Positions 19,439 through 28,791 of a DNA stretch of 64,000 nt are shown here, one piece after another. The translations under genes were made by a program, and so were the position numbers. This stretch comes from Acetobacteraceae bacterium (lineage in GTDB: Bacteria; Pseudomonadota; Alphaproteobacteria; Acetobacterales; Acetobacteraceae), in the NCBI GenBank assembly GCA_965276785.1, contig OZ255629.1, positions 3,020,391 to 3,084,390 on the forward strand, given 5' to 3'. Every line of letters begins with the position of its first letter. Positions within the stretch are counted from its first letter, which is position 1. The notes under the pieces were generated by a model. It searched no databases, was not told the origin of the DNA, and saw nothing but the letters and a program-made list of their open reading frames with translations.

Positions 19439-19739
19439 GTTCGTTGCCTCGCTGAACGACTGGGGTGAGTCGGACGACGTCGCGCACCTCAGGATGCGCG
19501 GTGGCAGCATATCTTCGCGCCCTGAGGGCGGTGGTGGTGAACGCGTGGCACGGCGCGCACAGCACGGTCAGCGCATCGAGGCGATCGCGATCCCATCGGC
19601 CGGGTTGCGGATAGGACCGATGGTGGACGTCCAGGTCGCGCCGGGCGTTGCAGAGCCGGCAACTATGGCCGTCGCGGCGTAGCGCGCGAAGACGAAGCCC
19701 GGCCCAAGCCGGGCCCGCGAGATAGTCCTCGTACGTCAT
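19350..19739 (-). CDS. HNH endonuclease (small, phage-type)
   Basis: MTYEDYLAGPAWAGLRLRALRRDGHSCRLCNARRDLDVHHRSY...LTVLCAPCH shows the CxxC...HH...CxxCH pattern of HNH zinc-finger nucleases. Confidence 0.8.
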   Translation of the reverse strand: MTYEDYLAGPAWAGLRLRALRRDGHSCRLCNARRDLDVHHRSYPQPGRWDRDRLDALTVLCAPCHAFTTTALRARRYAATAHPEVRDVVRLTPVVQRGNEHERLPVIALRDHVRRTPAHAFRSPRGSVG

Positions 19740-19845
19740 CGGGTTGCCCCGCCGGATGCGAGCCTTGGCGTCGATCGTCGCCCGCGACACGAGCAGGATT
19801 GTCGTTGGACATGCATGCGCGTCACCACCCATTACCCGTGTCGAC

Positions 19846-19851
19846 TATAAT
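19846..19851 (+). promoter_or_regulatory. Candidate -10 hexamer for the XRE gene
   Basis: A perfect TATAAT lies 40 nt upstream of the ATG at 19891, in the 150-bp divergent HNH/XRE intergenic region. No good -35 hexamer is present at 17-bp spacing. Confidence 0.25.
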
Positions 19852-19890
19852 CGATGTCCCAGCCCACGCCAATCGGTGTCCGTGCTGCGG

Positions 19891-20157
19891 ATGGACCTAT
19901 GTGGACTGGTTGGGCGGAACGTACGGCGTGAACGCCTGGCGGCCAGGATGACCCAAGAGGACTTGGCCCATCGCACCGGATGGGACCGCACCTACATCAG
20001 CGACATTGAGCGCGGCATCCGCAATCCGTCGGTGCGCTTGCTGGAGGATGTCGCCACCGCCCTGGGGCTCCACCCCGCGCTGCTCCTGTTCGAGGAGCAA
20101 GAAGCAGCCATGGTTCGCGCGGCGCTACGGGACACACCGGACAGGGATCCCCCCTAG
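19891..20157 (+). CDS. XRE-family helix-turn-helix transcriptional regulator (88 aa)
   Basis: VGRNVRRERLAARMTQEDLAHRTGWDRTYISDIERGIRNPSVRLLEDVATALG is the canonical Cro/C1 HTH_3 pattern. Confidence 0.88.
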   Translation: MDLCGLVGRNVRRERLAARMTQEDLAHRTGWDRTYISDIERGIRNPSVRLLEDVATALGLHPALLLFEEQEAAMVRAALRDTPDRDPP

Positions 20158-22121
20158 CTTGTCAGGTCGGTGCTTCTCGATCGCCATCCCACGGGAGCAA
20201 CCAGCCGGTTCCGATATGAGAACAACGGCAGCATCGCTAGTCGGAAGATCAACCAGCAGCCGTATACTGCAGCGGCCTCATGTGGAGAGCCGTCATCCAG
20301 CAGCCCGTGTGCCAACGCATGCCGTAGATGAGGTCCCGGCTTCACCAGGAACACATTTTCCATATCGGTCGTCAGCGCGGCGCCGAATACCCCATCAATT
20401 TCGCTCCTCATCTGCTCGAACATCGTTGAGATCGTTCGATCTTGTTGGGTCTGGCTGGCGTCGTCGAAGATTGTTACGTCGTGCCCTACCGACTTCAGCA
20501 CGTGCCGGAGCATTGCTTCCAAGTTCGGAACGAGCGTGTAGGTCGCGCCCGTGTAGTCTCCTTGGAACATGCGGGTGAATCCCGAGGCGAACGTGGATGT
20601 CAGTTCGGGCGGAACAGCGGGGCTCTGCCCTATGAGGCATAGGATGCCGTCCGCATGCACGTGGTGCTCGTTGGCGATGATCTGTCGAGCCACGTCGATA
20701 TAGCCTCCGACCACGACGTGCCGCCTCACGGCTTCCGCCTGCGCGATCTGAGCGTCGATGGCGCCCGCGTCCGCCTTGCCGAGTGCACTTGAGGACGTCC
20801 GATGGATGACCTTGCCCTGACGATCGAGGTGAGACGCTCCGAAGAGGCTTGAGAGCGGGTGAGAGCGGATCGTCTCCTCGGCAGCGGCGCGCAGTTCCTC
20901 CGGAACAGGCGAGCTGGTCAGGGCCGCGAAGCGGAATAGCTTTTCAATCAAGTCGGCGCCTTGGAAGCTGTGCTCGACAGCCTCCGCCAATTGCCGGAGG
21001 TCCATAGGGTGCGAGAATGACGACAGCTGGTCGGTCACGTGCGCTTGGAGATCGACGAGACGATGGCGGAGCTCGGCTCTGCGCGCCTTCTGTGTCGGCG
21101 AACCACCGAGTTGGGCGATAGCCGAACCGAGCAACGTGGATGCCGTCAAGGCTGACGTGCCCAAGGCCATGTCCGCCTGCCGCACGAGGCTTTCGGCAGC
21201 TTCAGCCCTGCATCTTTGCGCATCGTCCGAACGGTTCGCGCGGAAGTATGCCTTGGATGCGAACTGCCACAGCGAGACCGTGAGATGGTCGTCCTGTCCT
21301 ATGGGCAGACCGCCAGCCACGAGTTCTGCCGCTTCGCCAAGACCGGCTCTCCCTGGCGTGATACCGAACTGTAGGTCGATCTCGGCAAGCCAGAGGAACG
21401 CCATCGGCGCCGCTTCGCTCATTGCTCGTTGCCGTAGTTCCGCCGCAAGGCCCTTCAGTTCAACCACCTCGGGCTTATCGGCACCCACGGCGGAGCCGAT
21501 ATAGAGCGCCCTCCGAAGGTTGTCGCAGGTGTCGTGCGTGAGCACGTCGCCACGTTCCCCAAACCTATACCGAGAGGTGCACCTCGCTACCGATTGGACG
21601 ACCGCCGTGTAGGCTGAGACCGCGGCGACCGCAGACCGCCAACGCCGCCGATCAAGGAGCCAGCAGACATCCGACAGCCGCGCCCTGATCGCAGGATGGG
21701 AGCATCGCGAGACAAGCGCTTCAATCAGGTCCAGCTTCGCGACGAAGTCCGACGGCTGCGGGCTGCGGCGGCCGTTCATGACGATCATGGGCCCGAACGG
21801 CTCGTTCCGCTCCTCCGGCTTGAAGTGCATGTCAAGCAATGCGCACAGCAAGGAAGCAGCCATCCCGTCTGGCGTGACTGCCTGCGCCTGACCATCAGGC
21901 GACTCGAAGCCAGCAACACGCGCGGCCTGGATCAGGTCGGCCAACTCGTGGCAGTCCACGGTATCTGAGCCTGAGACGGACGAGTCGGGCTCCATCCCGT
22001 CCAGGTCAGGCACCGTCAGTTGCTCCCATGGGAATACGGGCAGGTCATCTTGGATCGCCGGCTCAACACCCTCGTCAGGAGGGCCGTTTGATGTATCGGC
22101 TTCCAAGATTGTCCCCGGCAT
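20154..22121 (-). CDS. Hypothetical protein (655 aa) with a DUF4209-like C-terminal region
   Basis: ATG at 22121 (MPGTILEAD). The C-terminus LVPNLEAMLRHVLK...GPHLRHALAHGLLDD resembles the LRNxxAHG signature of DUF4209; this is recalled from memory and not searched. Its stop shares the CTAG tetranucleotide with the XRE stop. Confidence 0.65.
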   Translation of the reverse strand: MPGTILEADTSNGPPDEGVEPAIQDDLPVFPWEQLTVPDLDGMEPDSSVSGSDTVDCHELADLIQAARVAGFESPDGQAQAVTPDGMAASLLCALLDMHFKPEERNEPFGPMIVMNGRRSPQPSDFVAKLDLIEALVSRCSHPAIRARLSDVCWLLDRRRWRSAVAAVSAYTAVVQSVARCTSRYRFGERGDVLTHDTCDNLRRALYIGSAVGADKPEVVELKGLAAELRQRAMSEAAPMAFLWLAEIDLQFGITPGRAGLGEAAELVAGGLPIGQDDHLTVSLWQFASKAYFRANRSDDAQRCRAEAAESLVRQADMALGTSALTASTLLGSAIAQLGGSPTQKARRAELRHRLVDLQAHVTDQLSSFSHPMDLRQLAEAVEHSFQGADLIEKLFRFAALTSSPVPEELRAAAEETIRSHPLSSLFGASHLDRQGKVIHRTSSSALGKADAGAIDAQIAQAEAVRRHVVVGGYIDVARQIIANEHHVHADGILCLIGQSPAVPPELTSTFASGFTRMFQGDYTGATYTLVPNLEAMLRHVLKSVGHDVTIFDDASQTQQDRTISTMFEQMRSEIDGVFGAALTTDMENVFLVKPGPHLRHALAHGLLDDGSPHEAAAVYGCWLIFRLAMLPLFSYRNRLVAPVGWRSRSTDLTS

Positions 22122-22265
22122 AGTGCTCACACGTTGCGCACGCGAAGTTACCCGGCAGCGAGGCGCACGCCAACTTGAGACGACCAGGCTTGTGAACGGC
22201 AACCTCGAAGCGTCAGGGCATTGGTCATGAGGGCCCCTGGCTGCAGATCGGTCGGGAGTGCGGGT

Positions 22266-22305
22266 CACGCGGCCCCCGCCAGGACGTCCTGGCGGGGGCC
22301 GCGTG
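22266..22305. repeat. Perfect 40-bp palindrome centred on GACGTC
   Basis: I checked 22266-22285 (cacgcggcccccgccaggac) against 22286-22305 (gtcctggcgggggccgcgtg) base by base. G-U and G-C pairs extend the structure to 22262-22309. Confidence 0.95.
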
Positions 22306-22920
22306 GTCCAGGGTGGGATGCCGTGTCGGTCGTTGTCGAGCTGATGGAGCTTGCGGAGCCCGCCCGTCGCGCAGGTATTGCCTGCCCTGCCAAGCCGGGA
22401 ACACTGCATTGCTGCGGGATGTCAGCGTGCGCACCCCGCGTATGAAGAGGACGAGCCGGCCGAGGCCGCCCGCCCGCCCACCATCAGCCGAATGACCATG
22501 CCGTCACCGCTCCTATCGTCGTCGAGAGGGAGCGTGGCGTCACCACATCGCCTACGATCCGCAGGAACTGCGGCGCCCCGCGTCGAGGGGAGTGGAGGTG
22601 CTTGCCCCGCAAGCCGCACGTCGCGGGTTGGCGCGGTCGGCGGCCTGTCCGTGACGACGCCGGACGCGGGCGCAATCCGTAGGTCATAGCCCAGGACGGA
22701 TCGGTCCTGGATGCATGAGCGTGGATGCATCGGTTGATACCCGACCCGGCGACACCGCTGCGACCAGCTGGACGAAGGTCCACACGATCAACACTATCCT
22801 CATCTCCGCTTGTCTCCGTTCATCCAGGACCTTCGGGGGTCGGATCGAGATGAAGCCCGTTCGGCAAGATTGCACGGACAAGGCGGTGTTCTGGAAGGCG
22901 TTTAGCCCGGGGCCGTGAGG

Positions 22921-23676
22921 CTAGACCGCGGGCTTCTCAACCCGCACCATCCACATCAACGACAGCGCCGTCCGGAAGTGGGAACCGTTGCCGACGACCC
23001 GCAGACCGGCTTCGCGGAAGGCGGCGGCGTAGGCGCTTGTGGGCAGGTAATCCGCGACCAGGGCGATCCCGCCGGGCTTCAGCACGCGCGCTATCTCCCG
23101 GCAGGCGCGCACCTGCTCCACCTTGCCCTCGATGTTGTGGAGGCACAGCAGCGAGACCACGCGATCGAACGTGTCGTCCGCCATCGGCAGTGCGCGGGCG
23201 TCGGCGGTGTGGACCACGGCGCGTTCGGCCACGCCCTCGGCCACCATGTTGCGCTCCGTCGTCGCACGCGCGTTGTCGGACAGGTCCTTCGTCGACCATG
23301 TGTCGATGCCGATGGCCGTGCCGCCGGTCAACCGCTTGGCCGCGCCGACCAGCAGCAGCCCGGCTCCCGTCCCGACGTCGAGGACGCGCTCCTGCCCGCT
23401 CCATGGCACGGACCCGAGCATCAGGTCGCGCATCCGCATCTTTCCGAAGGCACCGTACATCACGAGTGACGCGCCTAGGAGCAACGGCACGCCCCCGAGC
23501 AAGAGTCCGATCGCGAACGCGACGCCTGCCCATGCACCACCGCCGGACCAGGTCCACCGCGCACCCGCGGCTGCGAGAAGGATGGCGAGCCCGACCGCCA
23601 TCAACCCGCGCATGATGCCAGGAGCATCATAGCCGTAGTCTGGCCGGACCCGGGTTTCGGTCGAGGCTACAGCCAT
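22921..23676 (-). CDS. Class I SAM-dependent methyltransferase with N-terminal transmembrane helices
   Basis: Motif I VLDVGTGAGLLLVGAAKRL. Hydrophobic N-terminal segments (GLMAVGLAILLAAAG, VAFAIGLLLGGVPLLLGASLVMY). ATG at 23676. Confidence 0.8.
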   Translation of the reverse strand: MAVASTETRVRPDYGYDAPGIMRGLMAVGLAILLAAAGARWTWSGGGAWAGVAFAIGLLLGGVPLLLGASLVMYGAFGKMRMRDLMLGSVPWSGQERVLDVGTGAGLLLVGAAKRLTGGTAIGIDTWSTKDLSDNARATTERNMVAEGVAERAVVHTADARALPMADDTFDRVVSLLCLHNIEGKVEQVRACREIARVLKPGGIALVADYLPTSAYAAAFREAGLRVVGNGSHFRTALSLMWMVRVEKPAV

Positions 23677-23698
23677 GCGGTGCGCAACGAACCTCCGA

Positions 23699-24112
23699 TC
23701 ATCGCTGGGCGGGCGCCATGCCGGCGAAGCCCATGATTCCCTCGACCGGCCTGTCCCATGCCGGCGCGCACGCGACATACATGTTGACTTGGGGTTCGAC
23801 GGCCGAGACGTCGTCGAGCGTGCCGGCCCGGATCAGCGCCAGGCCGGGCAGACCTGGCGGATGTGTGCAGAGCGGGGTTCCGCATACCGGGCAGAAGGTG
23901 TTGCGGATCGTCTGCCCGCTGTCGGACGGCTTCGTGAAGTCCTTGGTCTCGCCGCTCATCTGCAGCGTCGGATCCGGCACGGCGACCGCGGTGATGTGCC
24001 CGGTCCCGCTTTCACGCCGGCAATCGGCGCAGTAGCAGTTGCCCATGAACACCGCCGGGCCACTCGATTGATAGTGCACGGCCCCGCATAGGCATCGACC
24101 TTTGAACGCCAT
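23699..24112 (-). CDS. GFA (glutathione-dependent formaldehyde-activating / CENP-V) family protein
   Basis: GRCLCGAVHY...NCYCADCRR...FCPVCGTPL is the zinc-binding Cys pattern of the GFA family. Confidence 0.85.
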   Translation of the reverse strand: MAFKGRCLCGAVHYQSSGPAVFMGNCYCADCRRESGTGHITAVAVPDPTLQMSGETKDFTKPSDSGQTIRNTFCPVCGTPLCTHPPGLPGLALIRAGTLDDVSAVEPQVNMYVACAPAWDRPVEGIMGFAGMAPAQR

Positions 24113-24132
24113 GTCCCTCGATCCCCGAATAT

Positions 24133-24142
24133 GTTCATGAAC
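24133..24142. promoter_or_regulatory. Candidate TetR operator (10-bp palindrome GTTCATGAAC)
   Basis: It lies in the 79-bp divergent intergenic region between the GFA gene and the TetR gene. Confidence 0.3.
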
Positions 24143-24191
24143 GACTGCGTTCAGTAATGCGTGGGCCGAGAACCGTCGTCAAGGCTGCCCG

Positions 24192-24839
24192 ATGGGGGAC
24201 CGGGCGGTGACGCTTCGTCCACCAGGCCGGCCGCGCGACCTCGACAAGGGCGTAGCGATCCTGGACGCGGGATGGGAGCTGTTCCTCGAGCGCGGCGTCG
24301 AAGCGACGCCGATCGAGGCGATCGCCGCCAAGGCGGGCGTGTCCAAGGTGACGCTCTACACGCATTATCCCGACAAGGCGGCCCTGTTCCAGGCGGCGGT
24401 CGGGCGCGAGATGGAGCGGATAGAGGCGGGTCAACGCCTCAGCTCCATGGCTGACGGGCAGGCGCCCGTCGCCGACCGGCTCCGCGACTTCGGGCTGGGG
24501 ATATTGGGTTTCCTGACCAGCAAGCCGGCGATCGACTTCTACGCCGTGATCGCCGGCGAGCTGCGGCGCCACGAGGGACTTGCCCGCGCCTTCTATGATC
24601 TCGGCCCGGGGCGGACGCGCGCCAACCTGGTCGGGTTGATCTCCGCGGCAGCGAAGCGGGGGGAGCTGTCCGTCGCGGACCCGGAGCATGCGGCCGACGA
24701 ACTGTTCGGCACGTGGCAGGGCTTCACCAACTTCCAGATGTCGCTCGGCATCGACATCGACGCGGTCCGGCGCGATCTACCGGATCGCGTCGAGCGCGGC
24801 GTGCGATCGTTCATGCGCGCCTACGGCAGCAGCCGATGA
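24192..24839 (+). CDS. TetR/AcrR family transcriptional regulator
   Basis: ILDAGWELFLERGVEATPIEAIAAKAGVSKVTLYTHYPDKAALF is the TetR N-terminal HTH signature. Confidence 0.9.
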   Translation: MGDRAVTLRPPGRPRDLDKGVAILDAGWELFLERGVEATPIEAIAAKAGVSKVTLYTHYPDKAALFQAAVGREMERIEAGQRLSSMADGQAPVADRLRDFGLGILGFLTSKPAIDFYAVIAGELRRHEGLARAFYDLGPGRTRANLVGLISAAAKRGELSVADPEHAADELFGTWQGFTNFQMSLGIDIDAVRRDLPDRVERGVRSFMRAYGSSR

Positions 24840-24921
24840 CGGTGACGACCCCCCGCCGGGATCATCGTCCCGCTCGGCCCGGACGGTCTGATCCGCTCCA
24901 ACATCCTGGTCCTCGGAGCGT

Positions 24922-25923
24922 TCAGATAATCACCGTCGCGTCGCTCGTCTCCTCCACGAAACCGAAGCAGTATCGGTCCGGACCACTGACCCAGCGCACG
25001 CGGATCACCGGCTCTGCCGGCCATGGGGCGACGATGGCGGCGGCATTGGCCATGAGCTGGCACTCGACGTGTCCAGGATGTTCAGTCGCCTGATACACGC
25101 ACCGCAGAACTCGACCGGCCTCCCTGACGACCCTGTTGGACACCAGGGCCGACGACATGCTCCCGGTCACGCCCGATATCCAGGGCTTGTCGTCGACCAA
25201 CGCCGCCGTCGTCATCCCGGCCCTCCGCAACGCCTTGTGCTCGCCCTCGGTCCAATCCCGTCCCGGGAGGACACCGAGGGATACGAAAAGCCCTTGGTCG
25301 GGCCACGACCGGATCGTCGCCTCAATGAGGCGTCGGCTGGTCCATGCGCCATGGGGGGCGACGCCCAGGACGAACGCGACGCCGCGTCCGAGGATGGCGT
25401 ACAGCAACTCGTCACTCCTTTTCCTGAACCCGCCCTTGCCCGGCGCGTGATCGAGGTGCAGGTGGTGGATCCCCCACTCGTTCAGGAGCAAGTCGAAGTC
25501 CGGTCCGTCCTTCTTGCCGGGCGGATGCAGGCAGTAGCCCTGCTTGACGTCGTGACTGAGGTATCCGTTCACGTCGTCGCCTCGGCTGATGCCGGCGATC
25601 AATGCTTCGATGTCGTCCCGCTTGGCCCGGACTGCGGGCAAGCCATCGAAGCCGACGGCCCTATTTACCTGGCGAGGATGGGGATGGACGAGCCTCGACT
25701 GCCAATTCATGAACCGCCATGCTTGCTCGCCGACGCCCAACGCCGCGAACGCGTCCCGCTCGCGCGTGCTGCGGGTGGGCAGGACGCGCACCATCTCGGT
25801 CCTGAGCCGGTCCAGGTGATCGACGGGTGCAAGGATGTCGGGACACGACGCATTGTCCTCCGATGCGACGCCCATCCTGGATTGTGATCCACAGCCGGTG
25901 GACAGGTTTTCAACCTCCGCCAT
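24922..25923 (-). CDS. Hypothetical protein (~333 aa)
   Basis: The sequence is protein-like (e.g. DLLLNEWGIHHLHLDHAPGKGGFRKRSDELLYAILG) and I recognise no family. The start is uncertain (ATG 25923, or a start codon at 25875). Confidence 0.5.
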   Translation of the reverse strand: MAEVENLSTGCGSQSRMGVASEDNASCPDILAPVDHLDRLRTEMVRVLPTRSTRERDAFAALGVGEQAWRFMNWQSRLVHPHPRQVNRAVGFDGLPAVRAKRDDIEALIAGISRGDDVNGYLSHDVKQGYCLHPPGKKDGPDFDLLLNEWGIHHLHLDHAPGKGGFRKRSDELLYAILGRGVAFVLGVAPHGAWTSRRLIEATIRSWPDQGLFVSLGVLPGRDWTEGEHKALRRAGMTTAALVDDKPWISGVTGSMSSALVSNRVVREAGRVLRCVYQATEHPGHVECQLMANAAAIVAPWPAEPVIRVRWVSGPDRYCFGFVEETSDATVII

Positions 25924-26249
25924 GGACGTGCCGGCAAGGTGGATATGCGAGTGGTGTTTGGCCTCGGTCACAGTTGACCTCCATCGTATGGCTCCCTTGG
26001 GAGCCGGGACCCTACGTCTCACGACGCTGAACATGCCCAGCTTACCTTGGAGTTCGCTGAGTCTCAACGTGGTTGGCGTCGATCAAGCGGCGGCTACGCC
26101 GACCTGGTCGTGACGCAAGAGTTGCCTGGTCGGCCCTCGATCTGGCGCAGGATTTCGGCGGTATCGACTCGTGCCCCGTGTTCCTCTTACGTTCTGAAAT
26201 GCCCAATGCCGTCCCACCCTATGATCGCGCTATCGCACTGGCCTGCACC

Positions 26250-26543
26250 ATGGCGACCATACGCACCCGATGGCTCGTGTGCCGCTGCGGTTGCGGGCAC
26301 AGCACGCCGAAACCGGTCCGGCTCATGTTGGACGGGGAGCCCAGCATGGCCGAACGGACGCTCGCCGACGTGGTCGTGCAGCTCCGGTGCCACGGATGCC
26401 GGCAGAAGGGGCGGTTGACTGTCCACCTGTGCGAGACCGCGCGCGGGGCGGGACTGGTTGGTGGGACCGTGCGGCGGGGATGGGCGCTGCTGCTGCACGA
26501 CAGTATGGGCGGACCGGGGATCGAAGCGGCAGCGTCCGAGTAG
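26250..26543 (+). CDS. Small Cys-rich (zinc-ribbon-like) hypothetical protein
   Basis: MATIRTRWLVCRCGCGH...LRCHGCRQKG. Third positions are mostly G/C. An alternative ATG is at 26199. Confidence 0.4.
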   Translation: MATIRTRWLVCRCGCGHSTPKPVRLMLDGEPSMAERTLADVVVQLRCHGCRQKGRLTVHLCETARGAGLVGGTVRRGWALLLHDSMGGPGIEAAASE

Positions 26544-26621
26544 CCTATGGTCAAGAGGATCACAGGGAGCCGATTACGAGCGTCCGTCTCCGAACACTTC
26601 GTCAGGCGACGTCGAGGCATC

Positions 26622-28112
26622 TCAGTAGGTGGCTCGCCGCTTGGCACCGGGACGGCCATGCTCGGCCTGGAGCGCAAGCCCTTCGGCCCAGATATCGCGG
26701 CCGAACTGAAGATGGAGGTGCGGAAGATCCGCCAGCGCCCACCCCTCCGGCTCTGAACTGCCGTCACACCGCCAGAACTGCACGGCCCTGAGTGAGACGT
26801 GGTCATCATACGGAGCGACTGCGTTCTCGCTCTGCCACAGCCTGGCGCGGAAGGCGGGCCATCCGGCCGCTGCGACGTATGCTCCGTCACATATCGTCGC
26901 CGCGCCTGGCGTGGGCAGATATCCGCCCGACATGCCCGCCCGCTCCAGTTTGTCGGACGTTAGACAACAGTAGCCGCCTCCGCGCCGGGTGCCGATGCCA
27001 CCCGGCCCGTACCACATCGTTCCGGCAGACCTGAATACGTCCGTGCGGCCGCCGCTGAATGCGGAGTCATCCGGGACGCTGGCTGCGTGCGACAACATCG
27101 GGTCTACGCGGTCGAGTGCGCACCGTGACAGCGCCGCCGACTGGCCGTCGACCAACAGCCCGTCCTGGGCCGCCGGCCCCGGGCAGTGTCCCCGGAGACC
27201 GGGACCGGACGATATCGGGCACGCACCGGCCTGCGTGAGCAAGTCGACCATGTCGAGGATCACGTGGCTGCCGACGATGCGTCCTCGTTCTATGGCGTGG
27301 ATCTCACCGAACCGGAGGCGCACCAAGCCGACCGGCTTCAGTCCCCAGAGCGGGTAGAACATCTCACCCTGGTAGTATCCCGTCGCGGCGATCCAGTCCC
27401 GCCCGCCCAAGCGTCCGCCCATCAGGATGTCGTCGCGACGCGACATCCCCGGCATCGCCTCCTTCAACGGGCGCCAGAACCCGCAGTTGATGTCGTCGTG
27501 GCCGTTGAGCGTCCCGACCGGATGCGAACACGACAAGGTGGCGCCCTCGGCGTAGAGGGCTTGGATGCAATCATCAGCGGCATGGCCGCCGGTCCGCGCG
27601 GCCTCCCGCAACTCCTTGAGGATGCGCCGCTTCACGACCGCGGGTTCATGGTCCTGCATCCTCACCGGCGGCAGGAACCTGGCCCTCGGGTCGTCGTCGT
27701 CCATGCCATCCGCATCGACGGGCACGGCCTCCGCGGCGAGCAGCGATCGATACCCGCGCACTGCGCCCCGCTTCGCGGCGGCGACCAACGTGGCGTGGAA
27801 CGGGTTCCAGGCGGACTCGACGTCGGCTGCACCCAGCAACGCCTCGTACTCGGCCCTCGGAAGCGCGAGGGCTTCATCGACCATTCGCCGCGGGGCGTAG
27901 CGCTGGAGGAACTCGGTCAGTTCCCGCCCATCCGCCGGGCGCCACTTGAATTGCGACAGGTCCCCCTCGTGGATCGCGTGGAGCGCACCGTCGGGTTTCG
28001 GCCATGGATAGCGGTCCCGTCGATGGTCCAGGAGGACCTCGGCTTCTACGGCGTCCGAGATCGCCTCCATCTCCGCCTGCCCGCCCAGCACCTTCGTTCG
28101 ATCTGCTTCCAT
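26622..28112 (-). CDS. Hypothetical protein (497 aa) with two SnoaL/NTF2-like (ester-cyclase-like) modules
   Basis: GYYQGEMFYPLWGLKPVGLVRLRFGEIHAIERGRIVGSHVILDMVDLLTQAG resembles the C-terminal strand pattern of SnoaL-like cyclases. A second, weaker copy occurs near the C-terminus (AVQFWRCDGSSEPEGWALADLPHLHLQFG). Confidence 0.55.
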   Translation of the reverse strand: MEADRTKVLGGQAEMEAISDAVEAEVLLDHRRDRYPWPKPDGALHAIHEGDLSQFKWRPADGRELTEFLQRYAPRRMVDEALALPRAEYEALLGAADVESAWNPFHATLVAAAKRGAVRGYRSLLAAEAVPVDADGMDDDDPRARFLPPVRMQDHEPAVVKRRILKELREAARTGGHAADDCIQALYAEGATLSCSHPVGTLNGHDDINCGFWRPLKEAMPGMSRRDDILMGGRLGGRDWIAATGYYQGEMFYPLWGLKPVGLVRLRFGEIHAIERGRIVGSHVILDMVDLLTQAGACPISSGPGLRGHCPGPAAQDGLLVDGQSAALSRCALDRVDPMLSHAASVPDDSAFSGGRTDVFRSAGTMWYGPGGIGTRRGGGYCCLTSDKLERAGMSGGYLPTPGAATICDGAYVAAAGWPAFRARLWQSENAVAPYDDHVSLRAVQFWRCDGSSEPEGWALADLPHLHLQFGRDIWAEGLALQAEHGRPGAKRRATY

Positions 28113-28426
28113 GGCGGCGTTCCCTCCCGTATGGCGACGTGCCCGAATCAGCACCAATGTTCATGATCTGTGCACGCGGCCCGTGAGATCGATAGCCCCT
28201 TCGTGGGACGGTCTGGCCTGCAGACGGAAGCTGATTGCACCTGCCTCGCCCGGTCTTCTCGTTGCTGTCGCGGATGCCGGCCTAGGGTCCGAGGACCTGC
28301 CCTGACCAGACAACCGCCTCACCAGCCTCCCGTTCGGTCGGCGGGAACCCAGCGGTGGGCACGGGCGCCGCTTCTGCACGGCGGTGCGGGCGGCGAACCA
28401 GGGATCGAAGCGGGGTTGGCCGTAGG

Positions 28427-28633
28427 TCACGTGAACCACGCGAGGACCTCGTCGAAGGACCGGCGCACCACCACCACCCGGCTGCCGGTCAGGTGCATGA
28501 CCGTGGCGTCGCCCGCGTCGTCGGCGTCGGACAGGACCATCACGGCTCCCGCCTTGACCGCATGGCGCAGCCCCTCATCGTCCCGGAGCACGAGGAAGCC
28601 GCCCACGCGCTGGCCCGCGACGATGTCAGCCAT
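28427..28633 (-). CDS. Small hypothetical protein (68 aa)
   Basis: I read the codons by hand and nearly every third position is G/C. It has an ATG start and no recognisable motif. Confidence 0.5.
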   Translation of the reverse strand: MADIVAGQRVGGFLVLRDDEGLRHAVKAGAVMVLSDADDAGDATVMHLTGSRVVVVRRSFDEVLAWFT

Positions 28634-28791
28634 CGCCGCCGCACCCCGACGGGTCTTGATTGATCGATGTCATGGATTCGCCTCCTGATCGGGTCCCTGC
28701 CCGAGGCTCCACAGTTGCGACCTCGTCGATCGGATCGTCGTGCGCGTCGCGGAACCGGACTTGCCAGCCGGTCGCACCGCATTCGCGCCGC

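Noticed and set aside
22351-22918. Small ORFs in the 800-bp gap (22351..22689 +, 22422..22730 -, 22684..22881 -, 22715..22918 +)
   Set aside because: They overlap one another and have junk-like composition with no motif. The 65-aa minus ORF has one hydrophobic stretch, but that is insufficient evidence to call a gene.
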